Positions 56,707 to 64,000 of a stretch of DNA of 64,000 nucleotides are shown here, piece by piece; the stretch's first letter is position 1, and each line of letters begins with the position of its first letter. This DNA comes from Octopus sinensis (taxonomy: Eukaryota). Made by a program: the position numbers and the translations under genes. The stretch spans positions 71,672,001 through 71,736,000 of the forward strand of contig NC_043007.1 in the NCBI RefSeq assembly GCF_006345805.1. The letters run 5' to 3'. The notes under the pieces were generated by a model, which saw only the letters and a program-made list of their open reading frames with translations, made no database searches and was not told the DNA's origin.

Positions 56707-58779
56707 TGTGTGTGTGTATATATATATATCATCACATGTTTATATGACTACATATATACATGTGTTGTTGTGTAGGATGTCAGACAACCTCTGTCGTGTT
56801 GGTGCTCTCTGTGAATGTGATTGGCCAATGATTGGATACACTGCACATTAGAAAAGGTTGTTTAGGTTTAGTTAGTGCCTGTGTACATGCTATACATTTT
56901 TTTGTGTTGGAAAGGGTATATATGAGCAAGATGTGCTCAGCTGACATGTCTAACAATGTAGTAACTCAAAATACGAATTAACTTGGACTGTTATGATCTG
57001 TCTGATACATGACAGCAAGAAAAATGTATGTAAAGTGATGATGATGATGATATATGATGATGATGATGATGATGATGACGATTATGAACAAATGTGTGTG
57101 TGTGTGTGTGTATTGGGTAATGATAAGAAAAAGAAAAGAACGTAAGAGGAACACATTTTCAGAAGGGCTGTGTTAGATTAATGCTTAAAAAGAATGGAAA
57201 GAGTCTTGATGTTTCTGACAATAGTTCTTCATCAAGCAAAAATAAAAGAATGAGTAAAGGTGTCAGGAAAATATAAAGAGAAAAGTTGGTAGGAAATAAA
57301 TAAATAAATACATATGCGTGTGTGTGTGGTGGTGGGGTGGATTATTGAAACTGAAACTGGGAGTTTGTTTCATGTCTTGAGTTTCATGCAATCTTCATGC
57401 TGCCATGATCTTTCGTGAGATATTGTTATCCCCTACATCATCACAATTTGTATATTAAAATAAATGCACCCTTTTAAAGCCTAGCCAGGCTCATGGGCCC
57501 AGTTTCCAGGTTTCAATGGCGTATGTGTTCCCCAGCTGGAGGGGACGCCAGTCCATCGCAGTGTTACTCATTTTTGCCAGCTGAGTGGACTGGAGCAACG
57601 TGAAGTGAAGTGTTTTGCTCAAGAACACAACACATCACCTGGTCCAGGAATCGCAACCACAATCTTACGATCATTATGCTGACACCCTAACCACTAAGCC
57701 ACGTGCCTCCACATTTGTATATTAAGGGTCTTCATATTTACTACTAATATGAAATTTATTGAAAACATTTAACCCAGATACGAATTACACAATATTTAGA
57801 TAATACATGTATTACATGTATTATAATATACAATTCCTTGTACTAGTTTATATGGTTTGCAATCATATAATAACATTGCCTTTGATTTTTTTGTTCTTGG
57901 TAAAACGTATGAGCTTTGCTTATATAATTTATCATAATTTAATTATCTCATAGATTTTTCTAAGTTAGCTTTTGACTTTGATTAACTTTTATTACATAAC
58001 GTACAGTATGTTCTGTATGTACTATGATGTCACATCCATTTTCTCTTTGTCTTTGAATTTACAGTTAATATTTATCATTAACTGGTGTAAATAGATTCTC
58101 TCTCTCTCTTCATGTATGTATGCATATATATATGTGCGTGTGTGTGTGTGTGTGAGATATAATTTTATGCATTGAATCTTGAAAGTAAATCTATTTTAGC
58201 ATTGATCCATTTTTTTTCTGAAACTGATTTACTGCCATAAATAATTTTAAAGATATTTCTAACCGTACCAGGCTTCGTTAAAAATTTTTTACTTAGGCTA
58301 CAAATTTATTTTGCATATGAGTATAAACAAGACTGTATTGCTAGCTATTTCATTTCATAACATCGTGGTTTCAGGTTCAGTCCCACTACATGACAATTTT
58401 AGGCAAATTCCTTCTACTATAGTCTTTTACTGACCAATGCCTTGAGTGGAGTTGAGAGTAGAAACTGCATAGAGGCTCTCTGTGTGTATACATACATGTG
58501 TGTGTGTGTGTATGTGTGTGTGTGTGTGTAGAAGAGTATAAGCTGAAAACAACAAAGACTTTTCCATTTTTCCTGAGTATCAAACTAATGCACCTTAATT
58601 GTTGTTCCCTCACCTGTCTCTGTCTTCTGTTATCTCTACAATTTTGAACCATATACATAAATATATACACACATTATAAGAATTTAGAAAGCTTGAAAGA
58701 TATGAAGTAAATGGTTTTAAACATAGGAGTGGCTGTGAGGAGGCATAGGAGTGGTTGAGTGGAGGTGTAGGAATGGCTG

Positions 58780-59190
58780 TGTGGAGGTGTAGGAGTGGCT
58801 GTGTGGTAAGTAGCTTGCTTATGAACCACATGGTTCTGGGTTCAGTCCCACTGCATGGCACCTTAGGCAAGTATCTTCTACTATAGCCTTGAGCCGACCA
58901 AAGCCTTGTGAGTGGATTTTGTAGATGGAAACTGAAAGAAGCCCATCGAATATATGTATATATATGTGTGTGTGTATGTGTATGTGTGTGTATACATTTG
59001 TGTGTCTGTGTTTGTCCCCCCAACATCGCTTGACAACCGATGCTGGTGTGTTTACATCCTATAACTTAGCGGTTCGGCAAAAAAGACCGATAGGCTTACA
59101 AAGAATAAGTCCTGGGGTCGATTTGCTCGACTAAAGGTGGTGCTCCAGCATGGCCACAGTCAAATGACTGAAACAAGTAAAAGAGTAAAT
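58780..59190 (+). mobile_element. Bipartite tRNA-derived SINE (GGAGTGGCTGTGTGGTAAG head, (TA/TG)n middle, CAAATGACTGAAACAAGTAAAAG end)
   Basis: A/B-box-like head and conserved tail. Other copies at about 2530-2750(-), 7205-7560(-), 16845-17630(-), 28600-29050(-), 38345-39090, 39880-40100 and 40775-41290(+). Confidence 0.8.
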
Positions 59191-60106
59191 AGAACCCAAA
59201 GTAAATAAAGCTATAAATGATATCATGTAGAACACTGGAAATAAAAGACCCTTGGATGTGTACCAGTGAAATTTGAACCCATGTCTTCAGTAAACAAGAG
59301 AGGCATTGTAACTGTTACTTTAAAGCAACACTTCAGTTTGAGAAGACAAGTAAAAGGAAACTGTATAACTCAGATAGTTTTATACTAAAATTAAGATTGC
59401 TTTCAGTGTTGCTCATTCATCGTTTTACAGATTTGCTGAATTAAAAATTATTTTTCTATGAACTTATTCTTATTTTGATCAATATAAAACAGATTTTTAG
59501 TGCTTTTGCTTTTCACCTTTCCAATATCTCAATAATATGATTCCATAAAATTATTGTTGTGATAGAAAAAAATTGTTTTAAGCTGAAACTCTAGATATGC
59601 CAGAGGAAATAGAAATTTAACTGACTTCACTCAAGCTTTTATTCTGACTGATAATATAGAGATATATAGTGTCTTCCATATTCTATCAATCTGAACTAAG
59701 AATTTATTGGTTTCAAATTTTGGCACAAGGCCAGCAATTTCGAGGGAGGGAGTAAGTTGATTATATCAACCTCGGTACTCAACTGATGCTTATTTTATCA
59801 ACCCTGAAAGGATGAAAGGCAAAGTCAACCTCAGTGGAATTTGAGCTCAGAACACAAAGACAGACAAAACACTACTAAACATTCTGTTTGGCAAACTAAC
59901 GATTCTGCCAACTCACTGCTTTAAGAATATATTCTTAATATCTGAGTAAAATTTATATTAGAAAAGTTCTACTTATATAATTAGTACTTAGTTTACTTAC
60001 AAGTTTAAAATTAATTTAAATTTAAAAGACCAGTTAAGATACATGACACAGTAATACCAACACATACCTATTTGATCACAATACTTTTATCATTTATTTG
60101 CTATTG

Positions 60107-60146
<40 letters not shown>

Positions 60147-60441
60147 CATCATTATTATTATTGTTGTTGTTATTTTTATTATTATTGTTATCCTCCTCCT
60201 CCTCCTCCTCCTCCTCATCATCATCATCATCATCGTTATTATTAAGATGGCAAGTTGGCAGAATCATTAGCACACTGGACAAAATGGTTAGCTGCTTCTT
60301 GTCCATCTTTACAAATTGATTCAACTTTGCCTTTCATCCTTTCAGCGTCAATAAAATAGTGTACCTGTTGAACATTGGAGTTGATGCAATCAACTTACTA
60401 CTTCCTGCAAAATTTCAGGCCTTGTGCCTATAGTAGAAAGG

Positions 60442-60473
<32 letters not shown>

Positions 60474-61001
60474 ATTATTTATTTGTTTGTTTGTTATAAT
60501 CTGATTTGAGTATTCTGCATAAATTTAACAAATATGTAATCACAATATTAGCCTTTGATGATGGTCTGATACACAGCCGAAACTGGATGATTCACCTATA
60601 GACATAATGGTTTCTGTCAATTAATACGGATGGTCCAGTGGCAATTCTGAAACTTTCTGCAGTTATGTGTATGGCCAATCCTCCAATGTTGGTACTGCAT
60701 GCTCTTCCACAAAATACACAGAACTATGAGATGATGCCTCTCTGGATAGATTTTTTTATCCTTTCTTCTTTGACATCTATCTCCAACTGCTAATGTGTTT
60801 CTTACGAATGGTAAAGGAAGATATAGTCTAGCGCAAGAACAATTTCTGCAAATAAACCTGATTGACTGCCTAACCATTTGTCCAATCACTTCACTGGCCT
60901 AGACTAATTTTATTTGATATAAAGCATTAGACTTAATTTTGACAAGTTTTAATCTTAAAACACATGGAGCTGCAATAAATATTGCAAGATATCATATATA
61001 T

Positions 61002-61058
<57 letters not shown>

Positions 61059-61406
61059 TGTACACACACACACACATGTACACATACATACAGACAATGA
61101 GCAACAGAGATAGATAAATAGATCGATAGATAGATAGATAGATTGATAGATAGATAGATTGTTATTGCTGCAGTTCTATAACATTCTTTCAATTTTGTAC
61201 AAGATACGATTAAAGTATTTGTATCAACATTTCTTCAGAGATTTTCACATATTTGCACATGTGAAAAAGAAATTTCCATCAAAAAACTATTTATATCAAA
61301 ATAAAAGTATATATATATATATATATATATATATTCCTCTAATAGCATACCAATAAATTCATTATCATCATTGTTGTCGCTGTCTTCGTTATTGTCATCA
61401 TCGTCG

Positions 61407-61437
<31 letters not shown>

Positions 61438-61769
61438 ATCATCATCATATTCATCATCTCTTTTATGTTTTGTTTCTCCATGTTTGCATTTTTGGATGGG
61501 CCTCGAAAAGTCTCACCACAATTTGTACCCTATTTTTCTATGTGTCACACAAACACATTTTTCATGTCAGCAATGCAATTTATTTTGGTATATTTTATTA
61601 CTCTTACACGCATGCACATATTTATATATGTATACACCACACACACACACATACAGACAATATATATAATAGAGAAGTTAAAATAATGGTCATGCACATA
61701 TACATACATGTACATAAATACATATATATACATATATGTAATATGTTTATATATATACATATATGTAAG

Positions 61770-61800
<31 letters not shown>

Positions 61801-62079
61801 ACATTCTTATATATAACCTATTACCTATGTATTATAGTATAATATAAATTTATATATACATTTATATGCATATATATGTGTCTATTTGTGCATTATATTG
61901 AAATGTATACGATGAATGAGAAAAAGCAAAAAAAAAAAAATCACAATATGGATAAGTTTTAAAAATAGGTGTTCCTAGTATAATACTTGAAAGGAAAAGA
62001 TCTTAAACGCTTTATATGCTAATCTTTCAACACAAAAAAGGAAAAGACAGAAAGATAGCTGAAAAAGGGAAGAAGATGA

Positions 62080-62184
62080 AAGAATGATAAATATATATAT
62101 GTATTTAATTTACATATGTATACCTATCTCTTTCTTTGTGTGTATGAGGGTGTTTGTGTATGTGCATGTATGTATGTATATATG

Positions 62185-62243
<59 letters not shown>

Positions 62244-62290
62244 TATACATATATACATACATATATATATATACATACATATATACATAT

Positions 62291-62323
<33 letters not shown>

Positions 62324-62403
62324 TATGTATATATATATATGTATATATATAATGTATATATATATATGTATATATATATATATGTATATACATATATATA
62401 TAC

Positions 62404-62452
<49 letters not shown>

Positions 62453-62482
62453 TACATATATATATGTGTGTGTGTGTATATA

Positions 62483-62521
<39 letters not shown>

Positions 62522-62596
62522 TATATTAAATTAGAGATAAAACCATTATTAGGCAAATCAAACAGTGAAAAACATAAGCCAATACATAAAATTAAT

Positions 62597-62648
<52 letters not shown>

Positions 62649-63572
62649 ATTTAAGTATATGTATTGAATTCTGTGAGGAATGAGCATAGTTTTTCTAAAT
62701 CCATAATCTCGTCCCTAATCTCGTAGAGAGTATGGCTGTCAGAAACACCTTCATATTCCCTAAAGATCAAATTGTTCTGGAAATTGGAAACATCAACATT
62801 TCTCTTAACAACATATGAAATATATATAATTTGACTTCTATATGTTAATATATATATGTTTATGTGTGTGCATGTATGTGTGGGACTGCACATACATACA
62901 TACATACATACATACATGCACAAACACATATATATATATATATACATGTACACACATACACGCACACATACACACATACATGCACACACACATACACACA
63001 CATGTATATGTGTGCATGTATAATCTGATGTAGCATATTATGATACAATATAATATTTACAATGAGTGAGACAGACTTGCATATGCTTCATGTATGTCAA
63101 TATGTATCTCTGAATATGCATGGAGTTAGTTTTATGATGAATATAAAGGTTATATGTATTATATAATATCAAGATATGTTTTGATTATATTAAACCACGT
63201 GCAAATATATATATTTATAAAGAAAAAAATTTATATGGATAATATACCAATAAAACATTTGTTGAATATGGAAAATAATAGAAATTTCCTTTTAAAAATA
63301 CAAAGAATTAAAATGGTTTTATTGATTTACATAAAAGTAACATTCTTTCTTATGAAATAACAACATTATTTTAGGTAAATAAGATGGACATCTTTCCAAG
63401 CATTAAAAATGTTGAAGAAGCAGAAATAATTAAATATGTGTATCATTTTATGTATGTATTTATGTATGTATGTATGTATGTATGTATGTATGTATGTATT
63501 TATTTATGTATGTATGTATTTATGTATGCATGTATATATGTATGTACATATGTATGTATGCATATATGCATG

Positions 63573-63609
<37 letters not shown>

Positions 63610-63927
63610 GTATGTATATACATACATACATACACACACATATATATATGTATATATGTATGTATATATACATATATATATATATGCATACATACACACA
63701 TATACCTATATGTATATACATATATCAGCATAAAGATATGCATATGTATCTATCTATATATATATTTTATATATATATATATAGATATATTATATACATA
63801 TATTATATACATATATTATATATATATATATTATATATATAATATATATATATATTATATATATATATATATATAATATATATATATATGTATCTATCTT
63901 TCTATATATATATATATTATATATATA

Positions 63928-63958
<31 letters not shown>

Positions 63959-64000
63959 GTATCTATCTATATATATATATATATAGATATATATATATAT
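62080..64000. repeat. Compound (TA)n/(TG)n/(TACA)n microsatellite field
   Basis: Long, nearly continuous dinucleotide and tetranucleotide arrays. Similar tracts at 25837-26010, 50180-50500, 51500-51750 and 54630-55460; (ATT)n at 36230-36400 and 60110-60200. Confidence 0.95.

Noticed and set aside
60510-60900. TTGATGA...GAAACTGG motif next to a minus-strand ORF (possible PLE end)
   Set aside because: Core C3 and the UH triplet are missing, and the protein similarity is not convincing.

Overview
AT-rich, microsatellite-dense eukaryotic genomic DNA. The SINE families and repeat landscape look like an octopus or other coleoid cephalopod (inference). One protein-coding gene is supported: the 3' part of a + strand Rel/Dorsal-class NF-kB transcription factor. 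Its seven GT-AG exons lie between 960 and 15968, have consistent intron phases, and cover the end of the RHD, the IPT domain, the NLS and an acidic tail without ankyrin repeats. The rest is intronic or intergenic and is filled with decayed mobile DNA: tRNA-derived SINEs, Tx1, RTE and CR1/L2 LINE fragments, mariner/Tc1 and piggyBac elements, a possible Helitron remnant, a 5S rRNA pseudogene and Penelope-like (GIY-YIG) remnants. The most striking unexplained layer is a set of minimal type-I hammerhead ribozyme motifs with palindromic stem III. They fall into several sequence families and nearly always sit inside inverted or tandem repeats; one (49837-49940) has a complete core. Almost all of the listed ORFs are microsatellite read-throughs. 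All alignments were done by eye.
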